DNA of 63,816 nucleotides, the filler included, from Octopus bimaculoides (Eukaryota), in NCBI RefSeq assembly GCF_001194135.2. It is 4 parts of 3 records of this genome, joined end to end, with 100 filler letters (N's around TTAATTAATTAA, not from the genome) between each part and the next. Parts side by side here need not be neighbours in the genome. Positions count along the whole stretch, not along the records: positions 37,191 to 55,386 come from NC_068990.1; 3 more parts are not named here. One strand, written 5' to 3'. The translations under genes and the position numbers were made by a program. Each line of letters begins with the position of its first letter. Within the stretch, counting starts at the first letter, position 1. The notes beneath the pieces are model-generated. The model was not told the DNA's origin and made no database searches. It was given only the letters and a program-made list of their open reading frames with translations. Positions 38,250 through 51,316 of the stretch are shown piece by piece.

Positions 38250-38476
38250 GGGTTAAGCAAAATCTTTTGCATACCGGAAAAAATGCTTAGCGGAATTCTG
38301 TCCGTTTTTACGTCCTGAGTTTAAATTCTACTAACGTCGACCTTGCCTATCATCCTTTTGGGGTCGATAAAATAATTACCAGTCAAGTACTGGAGTCAAC
38401 ATAATCGATTATCGCCTTCCCTCAACATTTCAGGCCTCATGTTTATAGTAGAAGGATTTATTATTATTATTATTAC

Positions 38477-38547
<71 letters not shown>

Positions 38548-38960
38548 GGGCAGTGAGCAGGCAGAATCGTTAGCACCATGGACGAAATGGTTGGCAGTAT
38601 TCCGTCCGTCTTTACGTTCTGAGTTCAAATTCTGCCAAGGTCGGCTTTGCCTTTCATCCTTTCGGGGGAGGGGGTGATAAAATTAGTACCAGTTATGCAT
38701 TGTGGTCGATGCAATCAACTTAATACCTTCCCCCAAATCCGAGGCCTTGTGCTTCCAGTAGAAAGGATAATAATAATAATAATAATAATTATTATTATTA
38801 TTATTATTATCACTATTATTATTGTTATTATCATCATTATTATTATTATTATTAAACGGAGAGCTGGGCGAAATTCTTAGCGGTATTTCGTTCGTTTTTA
38901 CGTTCTGAGTTCAAATTCCGCCGAGCTCGACTTTAACTTTCATCCTCTCGGAGTTTGAAA
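38250..38960 (+). mobile_element. Three tandem family A SINEs (~38250-38460, 38547-38768, 38855-38960) separated by (ATT)/(AAT)n
   Basis: Repeated GAGTT(T/C)AAATT..TCGAC..TCATCC..GG blocks. Confidence 0.85.
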
Positions 38961-39410
38961 TTAAGTGGGAAAATATTGTTGAGAGACTTCATCAAGGCCA
39001 TCAAACTTTTAAACTCACAGTCACATATTTATTGAGATTGGAGTCGTCTTACAGTAAAAGATTATCTTCCTCAGTATTTCAATAGCTGTTATTCGTTTGT
39101 AATCCCAAGTCAGCCATGATCGAGAACACTTATGATAAGAGCCAAGTTAGCTGTCGTCATCTAATCTTCAGAGACATAGTACATCTCAGACTATAATAAA
39201 CTATAAACAATATGTCATAACTTGTAATGAAGAGGGTTAGAAGTTATTTGGAGAAAGATTTGGTTGCTATTTCTAGAAGATGTAGCGGTCACGTTGACGT
39301 TTCTTCAGAGTTTCATTTATTTTCCTAGTTTATTTTTCTAACGCTACTGACCACAGAATTCTTATCTGTGCTATAAAAGTTTAAATTAGAATGTGAATGC
39401 TCTTCTCGAG

Positions 39411-39858
39411 GCGTAGGAGTGGCTGTGTGGTAAGTAGCTTGCTTACGAACCCCATGGTTCCGGGTTCAGTCCCACTGCGTGGCACCTTCGGCAAGTTTCT
39501 TCTACTATAGCCTCGGGCCGACCAAAGCCATGTGAGTGGATATGGTAGACGGAAACTAAAAGAAGCCCGTCATGTATATATATATATATATATGTGTGTG
39601 TGCATATTTGTGTGATTATCCCCCCTCCAACATTGCTTGACAACCGATGCTGGTGTGTTTACGTCCCCGTAACTTAGTGATTCGGCAAAGACACCGATAG
39701 AACAAGTACTAGGCTTCCAAAGAATAAGTCCTGGGGTCGATTTGCTCGACTAAAGGCGGTGCTCCAGCATGTTTTTGTTTTTGTTTTTGTTTGAGACGTT
39801 TTGTTATATGACTGGATATAACTATCTTGGCATATATATATGTGTGTGTGTATACATT

Positions 39859-39894
<36 letters not shown>

Positions 39895-40150
39895 AATAGA
39901 TATATATACATACATATATATGTATATATGTGTGTGTGTGTGTGTATGTTTGCGTGTCTGTGTTTGTCCCCCTAGCATTGCTTGACAACCGATACTAGTG
40001 TGTTTATGTTCCCATAACTTAGCGCTTCGGCAAAAGGGGTCGATAGAATAAGTACTAGGCTCACAAAGAATAAGTCCCGGGGTCGATTTACTCGACTAAA
40101 GGCGGTGCTCCAGCATGGCCGCAGTCATATAACTGAAACATGTAAAAGAG
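39411..40150 (+). mobile_element. SINE family B with duplicated 3' half (39615-39770 and 39962-40150)
   Basis: Well-preserved head GGCGTAGGAGTGGCTGTGTGGTAAG; two copies of ATTGCTTGACAACCGAT..CTCGACTAAAGGCGGTGCTCCAGCATG. Confidence 0.9.
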
Positions 40151-40192
40151 TATACGTATATATGTGTGTATGTGTATATATATATATATATA

Positions 40193-40300
40193 TAGGCGCA
40201 AGTGTACCTGTGTGATAAAAAGTTTGCCTCCCGACAACATGGTTCTGAGTTCAATCCCCTTGCGTGGTACCTTGGTCAAGTGCCTTCTACTAAGCCTAGT
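40193..40300 (+). mobile_element. SINE family B 5' half
   Basis: TAGGCGCAAG..ATGGTTCTGAGTTCAATCCCCTTGCGTGGTACCTTGGTCAAGTGCCTTCTAC. Confidence 0.75.
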
Positions 40301-40305
40301 GATTG

Positions 40306-40369
<64 letters not shown>

Positions 40370-41954
40370 GCACACATGTATGTATTTGAAAGAAATTTGG
40401 CTGCTCTTTCTAGCATTTTAAGCAACGCTATGCAGCCTTTATCAGTTTATCGTTATGATTTTCTTGTAATAGACAAATTTAGGTCAGGAATTATTTAGAC
40501 ATGAACACTTCATTGATGGTGGTCTTAAGCTGGTAGTAATTGGAAGGGTTACAACTAGAACCGTTTTGCTATACCTTTTTTAAATCCCTTTTCAGCATTT
40601 TCGTAAGCGTAGATAAAAGAATATATTGCATTTTATGAGTGTCTTCCATAAAACTTTATGTAGATATAAACATTTACAGATCTTTAGAACATGAGTGTAT
40701 TTGGATTTTTAAGGGTGACAGTACATTAATAGACAGCTGTAACAACTACGGAATACATAAGAAATGAAGCTTCTGGAAATAAAGTAATTCTTTATAGGAA
40801 TTAATGGTCGTAATATATATTTTTTATATATATGTAAAACACTGATAGAAAAGCAGTCGATTTTGCTTTACTTCCTCTATAAAGAATCTAGTTGTGCCAT
40901 AGGAAAAACTGGACTACCATAAAAATCCTACTGAGGCAATCAAGGACAAAACCGTGTAATTCCCTTAGCTCAGACAATTTCTGGTTCTTTCATTTGTTAT
41001 TAAGGAATAAAAACGTTTCGCGGAATTCAGAAGTCTTTAGTAGAAGGATCAATAAAGAAAGGATTAAGAAACATGTACTGTTTGCAGAGATTTTGCAGGC
41101 CAAATTCTGCTGTACCAATTAACCATTTCTTTTAAGCTACAGTGTAAGGAGATATATTAACTGGTGTTTCAAGTTCTCGCTGGCGATTTCAAGTGAGAGT
41201 TATAATTATTTGTGGTTATAAACTGTATTTATGGTTAAAAGGGAAGGAACTTTCTAATTGTGCAATAAGAACATTCGATTGCAACATATATTTAACTTCC
41301 TTAATAGCAGAGACCGCTTTTGATGTTCTCTGTGCAAACGTTTCCATGTATCTGTTTCAGCTACACGTTCACTGTATTTACATGGGTATGCATATGTTTT
41401 TGTGCTGGATGGTATATTTGTATGCAGGCGTTTGTCTGTCTGTCTATATATGTACGCATGTGTGTATGCATTTGCATAAGTATACATGCGTTTATGCGCG
41501 AGTGTGTGTTCGTGTGTTTGTGTGAGCGTGCGATGAAAGGAGAAAGATGCATTTATGCTTAATAGAATAGAGTGTCATTGCAGCAATTCTCTATATGCAT
41601 CTGTGTAATATAGACGATTTTGATTTTGTGATATGATGTAACGTGTATCATTGGTCATAGATTTTCTTGCTAAGGAGAGAAGGGTCATATTATTTTACAT
41701 GCTCTGCCCCTAATCAAAGCTGCTATGTAACAACTTTAAAGAGAGTGAATGAAGCTATTATTTAGCTAAATCTCTATTGTTATTCTGCATGAACTCTTTA
41801 TTTGGCCTTTCACTCAGTCAGGCTCTTGTTTGGAACAATTCTCAAATTACAGAAAAAGGACAGGACATTTATGGTTTTTGTCGTCAAAGAGAGCTTATAG
41901 ATTTTATACATGGTGTTTATCATTGTTTATTATTTTGTCACTACTATTCTCTCC

Positions 41955-42027
<73 letters not shown>

Positions 42028-42256
42028 TGTGAGTGTGTGTGTGTGTAAGTGTTATACATAAGTGCGTGTGTACTATGGATTATTCATATATATATATATG
42101 TGTGTGTGTGTGAGCGTATGTGTGTGTGAGCGTATGTGTGTGTGTGAATGTGTGCATGTGTTTGTGCGCGTGTGTGTGCGGAGAGAGAGAAAGAGAGAGA
42201 GGGAGGAAGACTGTATGTGTATGTGAATGGTGAATGGATTGTGGATATATGTATGC

Positions 42257-42314
<58 letters not shown>

Positions 42315-42492
42315 ATGTATTATGTATGTGGCTGTCTGTGCAGTGTGTGTGTGCACGTGTATGCATGTGCGCAGTCTCTTTTCTCTAATTATAGATGTCT
42401 TTGTTACGCATAAAAAGAACATTCTAATAACCGGAGTTGAAACTTTCAATTCCTCTAAGTAGAAATCGTGTTTCCGAGTGAATTATACAAAC

Positions 42493-42497
<5 letters not shown>

Positions 42498-42566
<69 letters not shown>
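42498..42566. repeat. (AG)n microsatellite
   Basis: Direct reading. Confidence 0.95.
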
Positions 42567-42567
<1 letters not shown>

Positions 42568-42651
42568 TTAGATAGATAAATGGACAGACAGACAGACAGC
42601 TAGATGGGGAGATAGATAGATAGATAGATAGATAGATAGTAATGCAGAGAG

Positions 42652-42727
<76 letters not shown>

Positions 42728-45166
42728 GGACAGATAGATAGATCTACGTTATTATGCGATTTTGAATAAAAATAAGTGATCGTAGCAGAATGAATGTGGT
42801 GCTACTTAAATTCTAGGAATAAAACATGACAAATCAAAATAAGAAATATTGTGTTATGGGTTTCTTTGCAATAAACAAAAGAATATCAATAAATAACAAA
42901 TATACGACTTGATATAACCTTGTACGCATTAAGAGTATTGTTTAACTTCTACCAAGATGAAGGATAGAATATCCTTCCGCCCCCAACCTCCTTCCTGCTA
43001 TTGATTTTACCATTCACATAACACCGAAACAGCGAGAGGTTATTTGAAAGTTCTTTACAGATAAAAGATCTACCTACATTTATTGATGGTTTATGTAGTT
43101 TTTCATTGCAAATATTAGTGCATTTCTTCATGTAATTAGAATTCCATTCCACTTCAGTGAATATATCTTCATTTTCAGGATTACTGGACCTTTTTCAACA
43201 AAGAAAATATTTTGTGTTTATTACATTCTGGCAATACTAGCTTGGATAGTTCTTTGTTTTAAATATTTCAGAATGTGAGCTTAATAAAGTCAAACCAAAC
43301 GAATGATATTGTAATTCATATAGAGCTTGTATCTTGATCTTTTCACAATATGGAGGTCAACTCATTGTAAAATTGCCAAAGCCTTCATTGCAACGAAACT
43401 ATAAAAATGCCTGTAAATCTCTAAATATTTTCGTATAGTTTTATTCCTGAATTTCTGAGACACGTTGGCATTGATATCGTCCAAAATGTTTAGGCCCATG
43501 TAGTATTTATAATTCTACTTTCAAGAATTCCGGGGATATTTTAATTTATATCAAGTTTACTTTAGCTTTCATTGTAATAAAATTTGCAGAGCAAACCTAC
43601 TGTGGTATTATTTCTACAGTGGTCCATCAAAAAATTTGAACTCAACACCAAAATCTACGAAAAGCTAGATAATTAATGATAATTAATATTGGTGAGCTAC
43701 GCACGTATCCCTAGTATTATATTTGAGTCTAATGAATGTAAGAGACATGCCATTAGAAACAGCGCAACAGATGCTCTAGGATGTGAACTATTGAAATTTT
43801 TGCCTGCTAATGTAATACCCTTTCTACTCGACTCTTTCTACTCTTTTTCGACTAGCCATAAACAGTAGCAGAATTCCCTCATATAAACCCACCGACTAAA
43901 AGACAAGGTGGGGCGGAATACTTTGAACAATGTAACCATTGTAGTTCTTGATATACAAATTGAGAAGATAGTCACGGCTGGAAAGCATTTGATCGGGGAT
44001 GAGATAAAGTGGCTTAATAGCTAAAACTCGGAGTTCATGAAATTAAGAGGTAATATTGACTCCAAACCGAATTAGATATAAGTTCTTCTCGGGATTTGAA
44101 AACGAGATTGTGTTATAGGTAAATTCTGTATATTGCAAAATATACTGATCTTTACAACAACGACTATACTAATATCAGCAACCTAATTGAGGTATAAAAT
44201 ATTATCTATAACAAAGCACAGTGTTGGTAAAAGCTAAAACTTCAGCAAAACAGACAGACAGTGAAAACACGAATCTAAAAGAATGCCGAATTTACTGATA
44301 TAGATGATCCAGTGTGTAGATAGGTTCTCTTATAAAACACACTTTCATCCTCTTCGCAGTCTTCTGCTTCCGTTCTGCTAGTCTATGACATCAACCCCAT
44401 TACAGCTGTGCATGCTCTTTCATTTGACCAGCTGTCCACTGTACAATGGCCACTTCCTCTTTCGGGAAATTGGGGACCTCATGGCATTGTCTAAGCTTGA
44501 TGGTGATTATCTTGTGGGATTTCAACAGACTGTGAACGGAAGGAACTATGTATTGTACTATTAAACAAACATGTCGGCAAGTGTTTTCCATAGTGTGGCT
44601 TTTTATAATATATTTTAATACTGGAGACATTTGCCGCGCCTCTTCTCTCCATGACTTTCACTTCATTGTTCATTGTTTGGCTTCGGTCAAGGTTCAATAC
44701 TCAGAGAACTGTATTTAATTGTATTTAATCATATACTTTGTCCTTTTAAGTTGGTCAACAGGCAGTTAACTATACTTGTTCTTCTTATCAATGTTTATCT
44801 ACTGATGCATCCAAGTCTCACTATTTACAAGCAACAACTACTTTAGATTTAATTATCTCCTAAATTGGCTAAACATTTTTCTTCACTGCCACCAGCGTCG
44901 TACCACAATCACAACTATAACCACTACGAACAACAGCAACAACAACAACAACAACAGCAGCAACACTACCACATCAAACAGCAACTGCCGTCCTTCATTA
45001 TCAATTCTGCTAACATCACAATTGCCACCAACCAGAATTTCTCCGCGCACCATCCTCTTCACTACAACTCTAGCCAACATTAACCCGACCGCTGTTCAGC
45101 ATCCTAAATAGAACATTATGATACATGCACACATTCATATACACACGTACATTATTTCATATATAA

Positions 45167-45214
<48 letters not shown>

Positions 45215-45815
45215 NNNNNNNNNNNNNNNNNNNNNNNNNNNNNNNNNNNNNNNNNNNNNNNNNNNNNNNNNNNNNNNNNNNNNNNNNNNNNNNNNNNNNN
45301 NNNNNNNNNNNNNNNNNNNNNNNNNNNNNNNNNNNNNNNNNNNNNNNNNNNNNNNNNNNNNNNNNNNNNNNNNNNNNNNNNNNNNNNNNNNNNNNNNNNN
45401 NNNNNNNNNNNNNNNNNNNNNNNNNNNNNNNNNNNNNNNNNNNNNNNNNNNNNNNNNNNNNNNNNNNNNNNNNNNNNNNNNNNNNNNNNNNNNNNNNNNN
45501 NNNNNNNNNNNNNNNNNNNNNNNNNNNTATATACACACATATATATATATACATACATATACATATATATATATGTATATATATATACATAAATGTATGT
45601 ATATGTATGTATGTACGTATGTATGCATGTATGCATGAATGTATGCCTGTATGTATGCATGTATGTCTATATGAATATATAATGTATACTATATAATAAT
45701 ACTACTATAAAATATAAATGATAATAATAATAATAATAATCTATGCATGTACATACATATACATATACATGTATATACACACAAACACACGCACACGCAC
45801 GCACACATACATACA

Positions 45816-45851
<36 letters not shown>

Positions 45852-46363
45852 TATATCAGGGATTAAATGCATCATCAGTGATTAAGGAAGTAGCTTTTCT
45901 AATAGGCTATCCACAAGAATGCATGTATATTTCGCTATAACGTCATTTTTCAAGTACAGGAAATTTAAAATTCTTATTTGCTTCCCAAACAATTGCAGAG
46001 ATTTAAGTCAATGACCAAGTTGATTGTCATCGCATCTTTTGCAAAATACTGACCATCTCTCGTAGCGGAAGGAAACGGTTAGAGAGATGAGTCTTCTGAA
46101 ATTGATCTTTTTCATTAGACACTATAATGTTATAACTTATTCAAGTCATGATTAAATAAATTCAGGTGGAGGCACGGTACATGTAATATCAATAGAAATA
46201 TATATGTGTGGATAGATGTTTCATTATGAATCGATGTCATTTTTAGTTAGTCCATGCAAAAGACATTCTAGTGTTCGCTTTAGAAATAATATCTGTTTGT
46301 ATTTGTCTATAAAATTACTTCTGTCTCTTTCGCAGTCTGTCTCCCGCTAGCATTTCTCTCTAA

Positions 46364-46464
<101 letters not shown>

Positions 46465-47053
46465 TACAAACATATGTAATTATGTGTGTATGTATATATA
46501 TATATATATATATATAAACACACACACACATGTGAGCAGTATTGGTATCCAAGAGACCCAAGGTGGTAGGTAACGCTATGTAAATGCTATGGAAGGACCG
46601 TAGTTATACTCTCGGTCCGATAATAATACGAGTGAGGAGTCTAATGCGGGTCTTGTATGAATATGTATTTGTTAAATAAAATGAGACAACAAAGCCAAGG
46701 CTGTGTGGAATTTTCTTAAAGAGAACGTTAGTCTTACTGTTTCAGGGATATTAGGGATATCCCATAATCAGAGACGATGTGAGATGGTTAAATAGAGGGA
46801 AATAGTAGAGTTCAATATAAGGAGTTAGTTTGGAAAAGGAGGAAATAGGGAGTACAGAGGGAAATAGGAGAATGAAAGTAGAAATAGAAATAAAAATAAA
46901 AATATATAAAGATGTTATAGTGGCAGTTCCATTATCCAAGGAAAGTGGTGTGTAAAAGTGGTAGAAATGCTTCTTGTCCGTGGTATGTAAATTCCAATAG
47001 GAGTTCGTATTTTGTATTTACAAATGGAAAGCATGGAGACGTAGATTCCGTAC

Positions 47054-47350
47054 TTTATTGAGCGAAAACACCTAACGCTTCACGAGGCTCCGGCGGGTGG
47101 TGGTAGCAAACCCTGCTGTACACTTTCACCACAACTTTTTCTCCATCTTTCATCCTGTTTCTGTTGTACCTGTATTTCAAAGGGCCAGCTTTGTCACACT
47201 CTGTGTCACGCTGAATCTCCCCGAGAACTACGTTAAAGGTACACGAGTCTGTGGAGTGCTCAGCCACGTGCACGTTAATTTCACGAGCAAGCTGTTCCGT
47301 TGATCGGATCAATTGGAACCCTCCCCGTCGTCGTAACCGACAGAGTGTCA
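47054..47350 (+). mobile_element. SINE family D, 5'-truncated
   Basis: TTATTGAGCGAAAACACCTAA..AACCCTGCTGTAC..GTCTGTGGAGTGCTCAGCCAC..GTCGTAACCGAC; homologous to 27790-28096. Confidence 0.85.
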
Positions 47351-47586
47351 CGATATCTCTGTGTGAGCAAACACATATTTATATATTGTATGCATTTATT
47401 TAAAAACATGTATGCATGTAGTTGTATGTGGATGCGTATGTCTGTGTGTGAATGCATTTAATTTCTATGCAAGCAGTGAAAAAGCCTTCTCTAAAATATA
47501 ATGTAAGGAATATTTTAAGGTAGATTTCTAAAGCTTTCCTCAACTTTGTTTTGTAAATTTCGGAATTTCATTATTTTCTTTATCGT

Positions 47587-48045
47587 TAAGGAGGCGATCT
47601 GAAAAGAATCGTTACGGCACCGAACGAAATACTCAGCAGTATTTCTTCCATCTTTACGTTTTTGGCTCAAAATCCGACGAGGTCGACTTTGCTTTTCATC
47701 CTTACGGGATTGATGAAATAAGCACCAGTTGAACACTGAGATCGATCTAATTCACTCATCTACCCACCTCAAAATTTCTGGCCCTATGTAAAAATATGAA
47801 ACCATTATTTTCCTTATCGTTAAAGTGACGAGCTGGCAGAATCGTTACGACAACGGACAAAACGCATAGCAGCATTTTTTCCGTCTTTACGTTTTGGGCT
47901 CAAATTTCGCCGAGGTCGACTTTGCCTTTCATCCTTTCGAGAGTGATGAAATAAGTACCAATTAAATACTGAGGTCGATGTAATCGACTAGTCTCCTCTG
48001 CCCAAAATTTCAGGACTTGTACCTATTGTCGAAAGGATTATTATC
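47587..48045 (+). mobile_element. Two tandem family A SINEs (~47587-47808, 47821-48045)
   Basis: GAATCGTTACG..GAGGTCGACTTTGC..TCATCC repeated twice. Confidence 0.85.
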
Positions 48046-48281
48046 TTCATCGTTGTACCCTGGATTCATAGACAGTTTAAACTTATAGAAGGTATAAAGC
48101 ATGTCTTCCGGCATAAAACACAGAAATTGTGCATCTGGAGGTTTTATAACTGCAGCAATAACAGTCAAATCTCCCTCAACGTACATTATACCAGGTTGAA
48201 TCCATAAGTATAGCGCCCGAAGCAGGAATGCTTGCTGTTGCTCAAATCTGCCTGATCGGGACCAAGGAAACTAAAGAATGC

Positions 48282-48286
48282 TACTG

Positions 48287-48350
<64 letters not shown>
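48282..48350. repeat. (CTA)n microsatellite
   Basis: Direct reading. Confidence 0.95.
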
Positions 48351-48730
48351 GTTGAACTATGAAACCTAATTTACATATACCCACGAACACACTCACTGAC
48401 GTACATACCTAGAAACGTGTATATCAAAGGTAAGTTCGAACAAATAGATTGTTGTCGTTTACCTTTCAAGAGATGATCAGTTTTTTAAATTATTCCTTTC
48501 CAGGAATTTCCCCCCCCCCTTCACTATTAGTTCTCAAGTGGTCAAATTCCAAGGTCTTCGCCAAAATTTTGGGGAAATATTATTTTCCGTCTAGGTGTGG
48601 CTGTAGGATAAAAGGTTTGCTTCCCAACCACATGGTTCTGGGCTCAATCACGCTGCATGGTACCTTAGGCAAGTGTCTTCTATTATAGTTCCGAGCTGAC
48701 CAATGCATTGTGAGTGGATTTGGGCAACAG

Positions 48731-48772
48731 AAACTGAAAGAAGTCTGTGATATCACAGACTTCTTTCAGTTT
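48731..48772. repeat. Perfect 42-bp palindrome
   Basis: AAACTGAAAGAAGTCTGTGAT|ATCACAGACTTCTTTCAGTTT. Confidence 0.95.
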
Positions 48773-48775
48773 ATG

Positions 48776-48988
48776 AGATACAAATAAGATGATAATTTAT
48801 TTTTGAACGCAGAGAAAACGTTAGAACAGAAGAAATATTGGGTAAATTTCCCTTACAAAGCGGAAAAATTTGTCAACAACCAGCCATGGACCGAATTTTT
48901 CCGCTTTGTAAGGGTTATTTACCCAATATTTCTGCTGTTCTAACGGCGTCTCTGCGTTCGACAATATATCATCATCTTATTTGTATCT
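48776..48988. repeat. Fold-back, ~95-bp arms (48776-48870 / 48894-48988), 23-bp spacer
   Basis: AGATACAAATAAGATGAT..CCCTTACAAAGCGGAAAAATT is matched in reverse complement. Confidence 0.92.
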
Positions 48989-50437
48989 TACAATACACAT
49001 TTCGACGCTTATAGAAAACAAACGTTAGTTTGTTTTTACTTATATACAAGTATATATATATACACATAAGTATGTATGTATGTATGTATGTGTGTGTGCA
49101 TGTGTGTGTCTTGCCCATCACGGCGTGACAACCGGCGTTGGTGTGTTTACATCCCCGTAACCTATCGGTTCAGCAAAATAAACCGATAGAATAAGGACTA
49201 GGTTTTAAAATAAATAATAAGTACCTGGGGCGACTCGTTCGACTAAAATTCTTCAAGGCGGTGCCCCAGCATGGTCGTAGTCTAATGATAGAAACAAGTA
49301 AAAGATAAATGATTAAAAATGTATTAATGACATATGCATCGCTCTTCGCTATGATGTTCGACAAGTTTTTAAATATTTACAATCTTCTTAATTCCACTAC
49401 ATTTTCCAAATCTCAGAGCACCCAACTACCACGAAAAATCTACATTATTCAATATATCTTCTTTTAAGCTAGTTGAGTACAGTTTAAAGAATAGCTGGCA
49501 GCTATTTTTAGCAGTTAGAGCGACCATGTAAACTCTTACTTGTTGGTTCGGGAATTTCTGTAGAATTTTCTATATTGATGATGCCAAAATAAACTAATTT
49601 ATCTTCAAATTATAGAACGGCCATACTGTACAGTTACGCTTCATCAATTTCTGGAGATTTATCTGTTACGTATTCCGACATTAATTCTTTTAAAATATTC
49701 CATTTGATAGTGAGTTATCTGCGTGATCGAATCCCATTATCTGCTAAACTAAAATAATAAAAACAACAGCCCACCACAAGAAATAAAATAACACTGCTTT
49801 GGATGCAAATCAAAATGGTTGTCGAATCATTCCCAAAGCATAGTGCTGGTGCTAATGAGAGAGATAGATTAGATGTACCAGACGATAGACTTCACATTTC
49901 ACGTTGTATATTCATATTTCACGATATATACGCCTCATATTTTCACGATATATATTTCACATTTCACGATATATATTACACTTCACTGTTTAGATTTACA
50001 TTTCACTGTGTATATATANNNNNNNNNNNNNNNNNNNNNNNNNNNNNNNNNNNNNNNNNNNNNNNNNNNNNNNNNNNNNNNNNNNNNNNNNNNNNNNNNN
50101 NNNNNNNNNNNNNNNNNNNNNNNNNNNNNNNNNNNNNNNNNNNNNNNNNNNNNNNNNNNNNNNNNNNNNNNNNNNNNNNNNNNNNNNNNNNNNNNNNNNN
50201 NNNNNNNNNNNNNNNNNNNNNNNNNNNNNNNNNNNNNNNNNNNNNNNNNNNNNNNNNNNNNNNNNNNNNNNNNNNNNNNNNNNNNNNNNNNNNNNNNNNN
50301 NNNNNNNNNNNNNNNNNNNNNNNNNNNNNNNNNNNNNNNNNNNNNNNNNNNNNNNNNNNNNNNNNNNNNNNNNNNNNNNNNNNNNNNNNNNNNNNNNNNN
50401 NNTATATATATACATAGATATATACATGCACACACAT

Positions 50438-50475
<38 letters not shown>

Positions 50476-50649
50476 CGTGTGTGTGTGTAAGACTCTCACT
50501 GCGTTAGCGTACCATGTTGCACCATTTCAAAAATCATTACAGTAGAGGGATACGAAGAAACCACGAAAATATTAGCCAAATTAGAGGAATTTAATCTGAA
50601 GAACCTCAGACCTCGGACTTTTAACCGTTCTTTTAGTCTTTTATCCTTT

Positions 50650-50879
50650 TACACGTTACAGTCATTTGGCTGCAGGCATGCTGGAAAACTGTCGTAAAGG
50701 GTTTAAATCGAATAATTTGACGCCAGGCCTTAATCTTTGTAAGCCTAGTACTTATTCTATCGATTTCTTTTGTCAAGCCGCTAATTTATGGGGATACAAT
50801 CACACTAACATCGGTTTTCAAGCGATGATGAGAGCGACAAACACAGACGCAAAGACACACACACACATACATACATACA

Positions 50880-50911
<32 letters not shown>

Positions 50912-51316
50912 GATATTTATATATATATATATAATAATAATACAAATAATATGTGAGTATATGCATATATACGTACATGTATGTACATACCCACATCTAC
51001 ATGTATATATAGATGCATATCTGGGTACAGGACGTCACAAAAAAACGTGGACAAAATGAAAAACAGAACATAAACAGAGTACAGAAAACAAACAGGCCAC
51101 ATAGAGAACATTTCCTTCATTAGCTGCCCCTCTTCTAAACTAAGCGTTATATATATACGACGGGCTTCTATCAGTTTCCGTCTAACAAATCCATTCCCAA
51201 GACTTTGTCGGCCCGAGGCTATAGTAGCAGACACTTGTTAAAGGTGTCACGCAGTGGGACTGAACTCGGAACCATGTGGCTGGGAAGCAAGCTTCTTATC
51301 ACACATCCATGCCTGT
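50650..51316 (-). mobile_element. SINE family B with an insertion in its central microsatellite
   Basis: 3' half 50650-50850, 5' half 51155-51316; insert at 51018-51140 begins GGGTACAGGACGTCACAAAA. Confidence 0.8.

Larger units (their letters stand above)
48590..49310 (+). mobile_element. SINE family B split by two palindromes
   Basis: 5' half ~48590-48750; 3' half ~49100-49310. Confidence 0.8.

Noticed and set aside
44340-44560. Possible RTE C-terminal remnant on the minus strand
   Set aside because: Only vague similarity; no diagnostic motif.
44865-45083. PolyQ-containing ORF
   Set aside because: (CAA/CAG)n tract in short low-complexity sequence; no recognisable domain.
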